From the NCBI GenBank assembly GCA_963754985.1, contig CAVWIJ010000006.1, positions 27,245 to 91,244 on the forward strand: a stretch of DNA of 64,000 nucleotides, given 5' to 3'. Below the pieces are notes generated by a model. That model searched no databases and was not told the origin of the DNA. It was given only the letters and a program-made list of their open reading frames with translations. Source of the stretch: an uncultured Holophagae bacterium. GTDB lineage: Bacteria; Acidobacteriota; Thermoanaerobaculia; Thermoanaerobaculales; Sulfomarinibacteraceae. Shown here piece by piece: positions 49,857 through 60,088 of the stretch; position 1 is the stretch's first letter; each line of letters starts with the position of its first letter. Made by a program: the position numbers and the translations under genes.

Positions 49857-52800
49857 ACATCTCCGAGCTCTTCATCCGCCGGCCGGTCATGACCACGCTC
49901 GTCATGGCCGGGCATCCTGCTCTTCGGCATCATGGCCTACCGGCTGCTGCCGGTCAGCGACCTGCCGAACGTGGACTTCCCGACCATCTCGGTCGTCGGC
50001 CGTCGCTGCCCGGGCGCCAGCCCGGAGACGATGGCCTCGTCGGTGGCGACGCCGCTCGAGAAGGCAGTTCTCGACCATCGCCGGCATCGACTCGATGACC
50101 TCGTCGAGCTCGCTCGGGCACGCACCCAGATCACGCTCCAGTTCGCCCTCGACCGCGACATCGACGCCGCCGCCCAGGACGTGCAGGCGGCCATCGCCCG
50201 CGCCAGCCGGCAGCTGCCGCCGGACATGCCGTACCCCGCCCTCCTACCAGAAGGTCAACCCGGCCGACCAGCCGATCCTCTTCCTCGCCCTGACCTCGCC
50301 GACGCTGCCGCTGTCCGCGCTCGACGAGTACGGCCGAGACCATGATCGCCCAGCGCATCTCGACGGTCAGCGGGCGTGGCCCAGGTGCAGGTCTACGGCT
50401 CGCAGAAGTACGCCGTGCGCATCCAGCTCGACCCGCGCGCGCTGGCCACGCCGCGGCATCGGCATCGACGAGGTCGTCGCGCGCCGTCCAGGCCGGCCAA
50501 CGTCAACCTGCCGACCGGCATCCTGTACGGCCCGGACAAGGCCTTCACCGATCCAGGCCGACCGGCCAGCTCACCGACGCCGCGGCCTACCGGCCGCTCG
50601 ATCGTCGCCTACCGCAACGGCCCGCCGGTCCGCCTCGAGCGAGCTCGGCACGCGTCGTCGACAGCGTCGAGAACGACAAGACCGCCGCCTGGTTCATCGA
50701 CCAGCGCGGCGATCGTCCTGGCGGTCCAGCGCCAGCCCGGCACCAACACCGTCGCGGTCGCGCGACGCGGTCAAGGCGCTGCTGCCGACCTTCCGCGCGC
50801 AGCTGCCGGCCTCGCGTGTCGACTGCACGTCCTGTTCGACCGCTCGCGAGTCGATCCACGAGTCGGTCAACGACGTCAAGTTCACCCTGCTGCCTCACCC
50901 TGGTCCTGGTCGTGCTGGTGATCTTCCTCTTCCTGCGCAACCTCTCGGCCACCGTCATCCCGCGCCTGGCGCTGCCGATGTCGATCGTCGGCACCTTCGC
51001 CGTCATGTACCTGCTCGGCTACAGCCTCGACAACCTGTCGCTGATGGCGCTGACGCTGTCGGTCGGCTTCGTCGTCGACGACGCCATCGTCATGCTCGAG
51101 AACATCGTCCGCCACATGGAGATGGGCAAGACGCCGCTCGCAGGCGGCGCTCGACGGCTCGCGCGAGATCGGCTTCACCATCGTCTCGATGACGCTGTCG
51201 CTGGCCGCGGTCTTCATCCCGGTCCTGTTCATGGGCGGCATCGTCGGCCGGCTGTTCCGCGAGTTCGCGGTCACCATCGGCGTCGCGGTCCTGATCTCGG
51301 GCTTCGTCTCGCTGACGCTGACGCCGATGCTCGTCGCAGCCGCTTCCTGCGGCCGCCGCGCGAGGTCCAGCACCACGGCGGCTCTACAACGCCTTCGAGC
51401 GCGTCTTCGCCGGCGATGCTGCGGCGTCTACGAGCGCGGGCCTGCGGCTGGTCGCTCGCGCCACCGGCGCGACCATGGTGCTGCTCACGCTCGGCGATCA
51501 CTGGCCGCCACCGTCGTGCTGTTCGTGATCGATCCCCAAGGGCTTCCTCCCCAGCGAGGACATCGGCCAGCATCTTCGGCCAGACCGAGGCGGCCGAGGG
51601 CATCTCCTTCGACGCCATGGTGCGAGCACCAGCAGGCGGTCGCCGCGGTCGCTCGCGCAGCCGACCCGAACGTCGAGGCGTTCATGTCCATCGGCCGGCG
51701 GCCGCGGCGGCATGGGCGGCGGCAACACCGGGCATCTTCTTCATCCGCCTCAAGCCGCGCGCCGAGCGCGAGCTCACCGCCGACGAGGTCGTCGAGCGAG
51801 CTGCGGCCGAAGCTCGCCGCAGGTGCCCGGGCATCCGCGTCTTCCTCCAGAACCCGCCGCCGATCCAGCATCGGCGGCCGCATGACCCGGAGCCAGTACC
51901 AGTTCACCCTGCAGGGCCCGGACACCGACGAGCTCTACCGCGTACGCGCCCGCTGCTCGAGGCACGAGCTGCGCGCCCTGCCCGGCTGTCAGGACGTCAC
52001 CACGCGACCTGCAGCTCAAGAACCCGCAGGTCAACGTCGAGATCGACCGCGACCAGGCCGCCGGCGCTCGGCGTCACCGCCGCAGCAGATCGAGGAGGCG
52101 CTGTACACCGCCTACGGCTCGCGCCAGATCTCGACCATCTACGCGCCCAACAACCAGTACCGGGTGATCCTGGAGCTGCTGCCCGAGTACCAGACGCGAC
52201 CCCGCCGCCCTGTCGCTGCTCTACGTCCGCTCGCTCGAGCGGCGAGCTGGTGCCGCTCGACGCGCTGGTCGACGCTCGACGCCGGGCGTCGGCCCGCTGA
52301 CGGTCAACCACTCGGGCCAGCTGCCCGTCGGTGACGCTCTCGTTCAACCTCGCGCCCGGGCGTCTCGCTCGGCGAGGCCGTCGCCGCGGTCGAGCAGCTG
52401 GCGCGCGAGACGCTGCCCGCCACCGATCAGCGACCAGCTTCCAGGGCACGGCGCAGGCGTTCCAGTCGTCGCTGCAGGGGCTCGGGCTGCTGCTGGTGCT
52501 GGCGATCCTGGTCATCTACATGGTGCTCGGCATCCTCTACGAGAGCTTCATCCACCCGCTCACGATCCTGTCGGCGCTGCCGTTCGCCGGCTTCGGCGCG
52601 CTGCTGACGCTGCTGCTCTTCGGCGTCGAGCTCACCATCTACGCCTTCGTCGGCATCATCATGCTGGTCGGCCTGGTGAAGAAGAACGGCATCATGATGA
52701 TCGACTTCGCGCTCGAGGCGCAGCGCAACGGAGGGCAAGACGCCCGCGCGACGCGATCTACGAGGCCTGCCTGATCCGCTTCCGGCCGATCATGATGACC

Positions 52801-53029
52801 ACGATGGCGGCGCTGATCGGCACGCTGCCGATCGCGCTCGGCTTCGGCGCCGGCGCCGAGGCGCGCCGCCCGCTCGGCCTGGCGGTGGTCGGCGGCCTGC
52901 TCTTCTCGCAGTCGCTGACGCTCTTCGTGACGCCGGTGTTCTACATCTACATGGAGTCGCTGCAGGCGCAAGCTCGGCCGCTGGCTGTGGTTCCTCGGCG
53001 GCCGGACGCACGAGACGCCGGCGGCCTGA
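49853..53029 (+). CDS. RND efflux permease (MdtB/C-like); heavily frameshifted
   Basis: [105 protein letters not shown]. Confidence 0.92.
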
Positions 53030-53038
53030 GGATGCGAA

Positions 53039-53067
53039 GGCGGCCCGGGCAGCGAGCCCGGGCCGCC
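53039..53067. terminator. hairpin between convergent RND and cytochrome genes
   Basis: GGCGGCCCGGGC-AGCGA-GCCCGGGCCGCC 12-bp stem. Confidence 0.6.
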
Positions 53068-53072
53068 CGACT

Positions 53073-55998
53073 TCACTGGGACACGATCGCCACCGGCACC
53101 GTGATCGGGTCGCCGGTGGCGCGGCTGACCACCGAGGCGTAGGCCCACACCCGGGCGCCACCCGTCATCACTTCGACCGTCGCCCACGCCACCGGCACGT
53201 CGCCCGGAGCGATCATCGAGAGGATGTCGTTGATCTGGCGCCACTGGCCGGCCGGCACCACACTCCCTCGCACGCCCGAGCAGGCCACCGTCGGACCCGT
53301 ACACGAGACGCGCACCGTCGCCTCGATCTCCGACGAGTTGAGGAAGCCGACGTTGGTCCGGTAGTCGGCGTCGCGGGCAATCCCCGCCAGCACGCCGAGC
53401 TGGCCCTGCTCGAGGCACTGCCCCTGCTGGACGGCCGGGAAGTACTGGCCGTAGCTGCCGAGCGGGGACAGGTTGTAGGTGCGCGAGACCACTACCAGCT
53501 CGCCGGTGGCCTCGATGTGCAGGGCACCGGTCGAGCTGCGGCTGAGCCCGAGCAGAGACACCATCACGTCGTCGTAGCGCACGGTCTCGCCGGGGGCGAG
53601 GGACACCGGCGCGGTGGTCGACTGCGACCCGTCGAGATAGGTCAGGGTCACATCGACGCCCGCAGCGTGCGGGTTGAGGAGCACGAGGTCGGTGCGCCAC
53701 ACCGAGCCCTCGGCGCCGGGGGCGTGCGAGGCGACCAGGACCGCGCTCCAGGCCGCTCCGCCGGCCGGCCCGATCGAGATCGTCCCGGTCGAGCTGCAGC
53801 TCGCGCCGTCGGCGGTCGCGGTGAGGGTCCAGTCGTAGCTTCCCGGCGTGCCGTAGGCGTGGCTGACCTGCGCGCCGTGGCCGGTCTCGCCGTCGCCGAA
53901 GTCCCAGGTCAGCGCCGGCGTCTCGGTGCAGCCACTCGGCGTGACGGTGCCGACGAAGCTCACCAGCGCGCCCGCCGGCGCGCTCGCCGGGGCCGACGCC
54001 GAACACTCGAGGGTGCAGGCCGAGCCGGCGACGGTCAGGGTGACGTGGCCGAGGTTGGAGTCGGCCATGCCGTCCCAGGCGGCGAAGGTGAAGCTGTCAG
54101 CTCCGTTGAAGCCGGGGAACGCGCGATACCAGGCGGTCCGGCCGACCATCCACGCGACGCCCGCCGCCGGCTGCGACACCACGCGCAGGGTGAGGGTGTC
54201 ATTGTCGGCGTCGGTCGCCGTCAGCGGAATGGAGACCGCCACGTTCGCCGTCGCGGAAGCCGCGGCATCGACCACCACCGGCGCGTGGTTCGGGCTCGGC
54301 GACTCGCTCGCCGGGCCCGTTGTGGCAGGTGTAGCAGCCGATCTGGAAGCCGCGCCAGAAGTGCTTGGTGCCGAACGTCGGTCGTGAGGGTGCGGTCGCC
54401 CTGGGATCGCGACAGCACGGTGCCGCGGTAGTCGGTGCCGTGGCAGGCGCGGCAGGACTCCTGGGTCACCTTGGCCGCCGTCTTCGTGGTCGTCGACCCA
54501 GCCCTGGCCGACCGGGTGCATGCCGTGCGGGCCGCCGCTGGTCGTGCTCGGCGTCGTGCCGTGGCAGGCGGCGCACTCGGCGAGCAGCCCGGCGTGCCCC
54601 TGGACGTGCTGCGCTCTGGACGTTGTCGTTGACGTGCGACGACGGGGAACTCGGCGTGCGTCGAGCCGTGGCAGGCCTCGCACTGCAGGCCGCCGTGGCC
54701 GATCGAGAAGCGGTAGAGCGAGAAGCCCGCCGCCGGCGTGTCGGGGTTGGTGGCGAAGGTGTCGTCGGCCGGCTGCCGCGCACGCTCCGCGGTCGTCGAA
54801 CGCCGAGGTGTAGCGGATCTGGCCGCTGTTGCGGATCGCGGTGCCGGTGTGGCAGTTCTGGCAGGTCGGCTCGCTCGAGCCAGCCGGTGCGGCCGGCGGC
54901 GCCGACCGTCGCTCATGTCGCCGTGGCAGCTCTGGCACTGCATCGCCAGTCGTCGCCGTCGGCGGCCACCGCGCTGCCCATCGCGCCGCGCAGGCAGCGG
55001 GTCGCGGAGCCGGGGTGGCAGCGGTAGCAGGCGGAGCGGTTGTCGGAGTCGCCGAGGGTGCAGCGCCGGTCGTCGGGTCGATGACGCGCGGCGTGGCAGG
55101 CGTGGACCGACCGCGGTCAGCGGCGGGACGCCCGGCGACGCCGGTGCCCGGGAGCGCGTCGGAGGCGTGGCAGCGCGGCGCAGAGGATCGGCGTGCCGCC
55201 GCGTCGACCGTCGGCGTAGAGCCCGCTGCGGGTCGTAGCCGACGCCGCGAGCGCGGCCGCCTGGAACGCGGGCTGGCGGCCGCGGCTGCTCGTCGTGCAG
55301 GCGGAGGATGTTCAGCCGGTAGTCGCGCTCCGGGTCGGGGTCGTTGACCCAGCCGGCGGCGGGCTGGGCCGCCGGGCGAGCTGCCCGAGGCGTGGCAGGC
55401 GCGGCAGTCCATCTCGTCGGAGACCGGCAGCACGATGTCGGTGGTCGCGAGCATCGCGCCCGCGCCGTCGCGCGCCGACCAGGCGCATCATCGGGTAGGG
55501 GTTCTTGCGCTGCCGGCATCGTCGTAGGGCGTGATCGGGATGCCCTCGGCGCTGAACCAGCTGCTGGTCGCGCGTCGCAAGGTCATCGCCTGCGGCGTGT
55601 TGGCGGCGCCCGGCATGGCGCAGCCGGCGAGCCCCTCGTCGGCCGGCGAGCGACGACGCCGAAGAGCGCTCGCGACGTGGTCCCAGAAGTTGGTCTTGCC
55701 CGACCGACGTCGTGTTGATCGAGCCGGCGGGATCGGCGCACCGCCTCGTAGGTGACGCGTGATCCCGGCCGGGTTGGTCACGAGCTGCCCGTCGGCGTCG
55801 ATCGAGCTGGGCGTGGATGGTGTTGTAGGGCGGCAGGATGGCGAACACCGAGAAGTCCGCGTCCATGCAGTGCATGCCGAGGTTGTTCCAGCCGATCAGG
55901 GTATAGCCGACAGGCGCGGCTCCAGCAGCCCCTCCGCTCAACATCCAGGCGAGAAGCGTCGATCCAAGAGCGATTGCAGTTGTCGTGCGCCGATGCAT
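53073..55998 (-). CDS. secreted nine-heme c-type cytochrome with Ig-like, PKD and C-terminal anchor-like domains; heavily frameshifted
   Basis: Signal peptide; [23 protein letters not shown]; CxxCH at about 55400, 55175 (1-nt insertion), 55020, 54930, 54855, 54675, 54567, 54447, 54329; NHAPV..L.ATDADND.L; WDFGDG..SHAY..PG.Y. Confidence 0.85.
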
Positions 55999-56562
55999 GG
56001 TGGCCTCCCCCGCTGCGTTGTGTCCGTGTGCCGCGGCCGCGCCTGTCGCGAACGTCTGCAGCCGCAAGCGTTATCTGAGAAAACCAGGCCCTAGCATACG
56101 CCCACTTGCGATCGCGGAGGTCGCCATCGGAGCTCTCGTCACCCGAGACGAGGCGGCGCGTTGTCGCCGTGATCAACGCCGCGGGCAGCGATGGCGGAGC
56201 GGAAGTCCGTCCGGTTGATCGGCGTTGGCGAGGCACGCGACCTCGGCGAGGCGTGCTCAATCGACCGCCACAGGGTCAGGGTCGCCCGGGTCATTCTGTG
56301 ACCCTGGTCCTAGCCGCAAACGAGATCACGTATCAAATTCTTCACTGCCCGGCCCGGGTGGACCGCCAGGTCCGCGGCCCGCCCGCCAATGCCAGGGGAA
56401 GCGGAGGATGCGATGGTCCGCAGCGTCGCACAAGCCAGCGACCAACGCAGATCCGGCGGGATGGCAGGCCCGGGCAGCGCGCGCTCCCCGCCGCGCCACA
56501 CACGACCGGCGAAACGCCCGATCACCTCAATACAGATCCCATCAGCCCGGGAGGAACCGTCA

Positions 56563-56955
56563 ATGGAACATCGACGACATCTCGCTTCGTTCAGGCTGCC
56601 CGCCGTCGCCCTCGTCGCCGCGGCCGCCCTGATGTTCACGGCACCCGCGGGCGCCGACCGGAGCTCGTCGGCGAGCAGCTCCGGCAGCATGCGCTACTTG
56701 ATCATCACCAGCCACACGCCGGAGAAGTGCCTCGCCGACCTCGACGCGGTGCTGGCGAGCAAGCCCGACATGCTGGACCGCATCGAGTGGGGCTGCAAAA
56801 GCGGCGACCACACCGGCTATCTCATCGTCGACGCGCCGACCGAGCAGGCGGCGCGGCAGATGCTGCCGGCCCCGATGCAGGCGGGCGCCCGGGTGGTCAC
56901 GCTCAGCCGCTTCAGCGCGGACGACATCCGGTCGTTCCACCAGATGAAGAAGTGA
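56563..56955 (+). CDS. small secreted hypothetical protein with His/Cys motif
   Basis: SD GGAGGA; signal peptide; 'RYLIITSHTPEKC...WGCKSGDHTGYLIVDA'. Confidence 0.75.
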   Translation: MEHRRHLASFRLPAVALVAAAALMFTAPAGADRSSSASSSGSMRYLIITSHTPEKCLADLDAVLASKPDMLDRIEWGCKSGDHTGYLIVDAPTEQAARQMLPAPMQAGARVVTLSRFSADDIRSFHQMKK

Positions 56956-57178
56956 CGCAACGCCAGGTCGGCACGAGGCCGGGGGCCGAGCCTCCGGTGA
57001 CCATCCCGAGATCGCGCTGGACCTCGGCCTCGTGGCCGGCATCCTGAACACGCGGCTCTCCGCCGCTGCGGGCCAGGCCTTCCGGGGCGGGCGCTCGGGC
57101 GGCGAGCCCCCGCCCCACTCCATCATCAACGCGGCGCCGCTGACCGGGATGCGTCGTTAGCCCGACTCTGGCGATGTG

Positions 57179-57730
57179 TCACGCCGACTTCGCAAGCGGT
57201 CGAGGGGAGGGCGGCTCGGCCTTCCAGCCGCCGAGGGTCTGGGCCGGGGGCGGCACCCGCTGGGGCTGCACCGCCGATCCGGCGCCAACCCGAACCGCGA
57301 CCACGGTCGCTTCGGCGCAGATCGTGCCCTCCGAGCTCAGCGTGCACTCGAGCACGGTCCTTCGCTCGGCCACGCCGACAATCCTCGCCCGCACCTCCAC
57401 CGGTCGATCGATCGGGGTCGGACGCCGGTAGCGGATGTTCAGCGATGCGGTGACGAACATGGTGTCCTGCCCTGCGGCCCCGCCTGCGAGCCTGGTCGCG
57501 TACGAGATCGCGGTGCACACGGCATGGCAGTCGACCAGGGTGGCGATGATCCCGCCGTTGAGGATCGACTCGGGACCGGCCGCCATGTGGGGCTGCGGCT
57601 GATAGCTGCACGTGGTCTCGAGATCACCGGCCCAGTAGCTCTTGATCCGCAGGCCGCGCGGGTTGTCTGGGCTGCAGCCCACGCAGTGGTTGTTGCTGAT
57701 GGTGTCCTGAATTGCAGTCATCGGCATCAT
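57179..57730 (-). CDS. PaaI-family hotdog thioesterase
   Basis: CVGCSPDNPRGL, LNGGIIATLVDCH, VTASLNIRYRRPTP. Confidence 0.88.
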   Translation of the reverse strand: MMPMTAIQDTISNNHCVGCSPDNPRGLRIKSYWAGDLETTCSYQPQPHMAAGPESILNGGIIATLVDCHAVCTAISYATRLAGGAAGQDTMFVTASLNIRYRRPTPIDRPVEVRARIVGVAERRTVLECTLSSEGTICAEATVVAVRVGAGSAVQPQRVPPPAQTLGGWKAEPPSPRPLAKSA

Positions 57731-57903
57731 GCTCGCCTCCTGTGGTCGAGGCCTGGACCGCAGATGGCTGCCCGCCTCGACCTCCACAAATCCTCTACGC
57801 AGGGCGCGGACGAAACCCGCCACGCCCGGCGACGTCCACAACCTGGAATCTGCGGCCGATTCTCTTTGTCATACCAGCTGAGCCTCGACTTCAGGAGGGC
57901 GGG

Positions 57904-58482
57904 ATGAACCGCGGCGGAAACGTCACCGAGCTGCTGCTGGCCTTCAGGGACGGCGACCGGGCCGCCTTCGACCAGCTGGTGCCGATGCTGTACGACGACC
58001 TGCGCAAGGTCGCCCGGGCTCAGCTGCGGCGCGGCCGCCCGGGCGCCACGCTCGACACCACGGTGCTGGTCCATGAGCTCTACCTCAAGATGGCGGACCA
58101 GCAGCGTCTCGACGCTCGCGACCGCGGCCACTTTCTGGCGATCTCGGCCCACGCCATGCGCCAGGTGATCGCCGACTACGCCCGCCGCCGGACCGCCGCC
58201 AAGCGCGGTGGCGACTCCGATCCGGTGCCGCTCGACGAGGCTCCCGAGATCGCCGACCGCGAGGCGCGCTGGCTGCTCGACGTGGATCAGGCACTCGAGC
58301 GGCTGGCGGGACGCGACGAGCGCATGGCGAAAGTCGTCGAGTGCCGCTTCTTCGCCGGCTTCAACGAGGAGGAGACGGCGGCGGCGCTCGACACCTCCGT
58401 GCGGACCGTGCAGCGCGACTGGATGCGGGCCCGGGCCTGGCTCAAAGAGGAGCTCGGCGGCGGTGGCGAGCAGCCCGTCTGA
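57904..58482 (+). CDS. ECF sigma factor, kinase-associated (TIGR02999-like) type
   Basis: VTELL...GDRAAFDQL.P.LY.DLR..A, TLDTTVLVHELYL, HFLA.SA.AMRQV..DYAR...AAKRGG, VVECRFFAG..EETA, RTVQRDW..ARAWL. Confidence 0.92.
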   Translation: MNRGGNVTELLLAFRDGDRAAFDQLVPMLYDDLRKVARAQLRRGRPGATLDTTVLVHELYLKMADQQRLDARDRGHFLAISAHAMRQVIADYARRRTAAKRGGDSDPVPLDEAPEIADREARWLLDVDQALERLAGRDERMAKVVECRFFAGFNEEETAAALDTSVRTVQRDWMRARAWLKEELGGGGEQPV

Positions 58483-58610
58483 GTCGCGCTTTCGGCGCGC
58501 GGGCGCGTTCCTGGCAGCGGCCCTGGAGCTGCTCGCCGACGGCGAGCGCGGCGACGACACCTCGCGGGCGATGGACGACGCGGCCCTCGCCGAGATCGCC
58601 CGCCGGTGGC
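58463..58610 (+). pseudogene. possible N-terminal remnant of the ECF-associated Ser/Thr kinase
   Basis: 'SESRFRRAGAFLAAALELLADGERGDDTSRAMDDAALAEIARR' resembles typical kinase N-termini (RW.R...LF..ALEL...ER...L.....DD..L..EV); overlaps the ECF stop; no kinase domain follows. Confidence 0.45.
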
Positions 58611-58745
58611 CGGATCGCCGTCGATGGACGCCCCGCCCTGGGCGCCCGTCCGGCCCGCGCCACCACCTGACACACTTCACCGGCCAGGACGCTCCGCTGA
58701 GTGTCGCACGGTCAGTCTGCTGTTCCCCGATGGAGGCCGATCGCG

Positions 58746-59117
58746 ATGATCAGGAAGAGCTTCGAGTTCTCGAGCGAGACCCCGGTCGGCGCCGCCGGCG
58801 GGCTGGTCGTGTTCACGCTGGCCGGTCCCCTGAACGGGCTCGAGGCAGCCTACGACTTCCAGGATGAGGTCCGGCGGAAGATCGCCGGCGGCTGCCGGAA
58901 GATCGTCCTCGACCTCGCGGAGGTGGGGAGGGTCGACAGCTGCGGGATCGGCATTCTGGCGTCCCTGATGTGGTCGGCCTCACAGGCCGGGTCCCGGATG
59001 GTCCTCGCGGCGATCCCGAGTCACGTCGAGAAGTTGCTCCAGATCGTGACCCTGCTCGACCACGTCGACCACGCGGCCTCGCGCGAGGCCGCGATGGCGC
59101 TGCTGCAGCGCCGCTGA
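58746..59117 (+). CDS. STAS-domain anti-sigma-factor antagonist
   Basis: KIVLDLAEVGRVDSCGIGIL with phosphoacceptor Ser; 'VEKLLQIVTL'. Confidence 0.88.
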   Translation: MIRKSFEFSSETPVGAAGGLVVFTLAGPLNGLEAAYDFQDEVRRKIAGGCRKIVLDLAEVGRVDSCGIGILASLMWSASQAGSRMVLAAIPSHVEKLLQIVTLLDHVDHAASREAAMALLQRR

Positions 59118-59158
59118 GCTCGGCCGGCCATCGTCGCCGCTCGGAGTAGAATCCGCGC

Positions 59159-60088
59159 ATGATCACCGTCGAACGCGTGCGCAGGAGCTTCGGCGACCTG
59201 GTCGCCGTCGATGACGTCTCGTTCGAGGTCCGCGACGGCGAGATCCTCGGCCTGCTCGGCCCCAACGGCGCCGGCAAGACGACGACGCTGTCCATGATCT
59301 CGGGGGTTCTCAAGCCCGACAGCGGCCGGGTGCTGGTCGACGGCCGCGACATCTGGCTCGAACCGACCGAGGTCAAGCGCCGTCTCGGCGTGGTGCCGCA
59401 GGAGGTCGCCGTCTACGAGGACCTGACCGCCCGCGACAACCTCTCCTTCTGGGGCTCGCTCTACGGGCTGTCCGGCAGCGAGCTCAAGCAGCGGGTCGAC
59501 GAGGGCCTCACCCGGGTCGGCCTCGCCGAGCGCGCCGGCGACCGGGTCAAGGGCTTCTCCGGCGGCATGAAGCGACGGCTCAACCTGTGCATGGGCCTGC
59601 TCCACCGCCCCCGTTTCCTCCTCCTCGACGAGCCGACCGTCGGCATCGACCCGCAGGCGCGGCTCAACATCCTCGAGGTGATCCGGGGCGTCGCCGCGAG
59701 CGGCACCACGGTGCTCTACACGACGCACTACATGGAGGAGGCGCAGGAGCTGTGCGACCGGATCGCCATCATCGACCACGGCAGGATCCTCACCATCGGC
59801 ACCCTTGACGAGCTGACCCGGCTCGCCGGCGAGGCCGAGGTGCTGCGGCTGGCCGGCTCCTTCTCAGGCAGCGAGGCGCGCGAACGCTTGCAGGCGATCT
59901 CCGGCGTGCGCGTGCTGCAGGCCGGCGACGGCAGCGCGATGCTGTCGGTCGCGACCGGCGGACCGGGCCTGCTCGCGGTGCTGCCCGCGGTGCTGGCGAG
60001 CGGCCTCGCGCTCGACGACGTGTCGATCCAGCGGCCCAACCTGCAGAGCGTGTTCATCAGCCTCACCGGCCGCGAGCTGCGCGACTGA
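59159..60088 (+). CDS. ABC exporter ATP-binding protein (DrrA/LnrL-like)
   Basis: GPNGAGKT, FSGGMKRRLN, LLLDEPTVGIDPQ, YTTHYMEEA. Confidence 0.95.
   Translation: MITVERVRRSFGDLVAVDDVSFEVRDGEILGLLGPNGAGKTTTLSMISGVLKPDSGRVLVDGRDIWLEPTEVKRRLGVVPQEVAVYEDLTARDNLSFWGSLYGLSGSELKQRVDEGLTRVGLAERAGDRVKGFSGGMKRRLNLCMGLLHRPRFLLLDEPTVGIDPQARLNILEVIRGVAASGTTVLYTTHYMEEAQELCDRIAIIDHGRILTIGTLDELTRLAGEAEVLRLAGSFSGSEARERLQAISGVRVLQAGDGSAMLSVATGGPGLLAVLPAVLASGLALDDVSIQRPNLQSVFISLTGRELRD

Noticed and set aside
55085-55112. Tenth heme motif (VHACHA)
   Set aside because: Lacks the first Cys of CxxCH; more likely supplies axial His ligands
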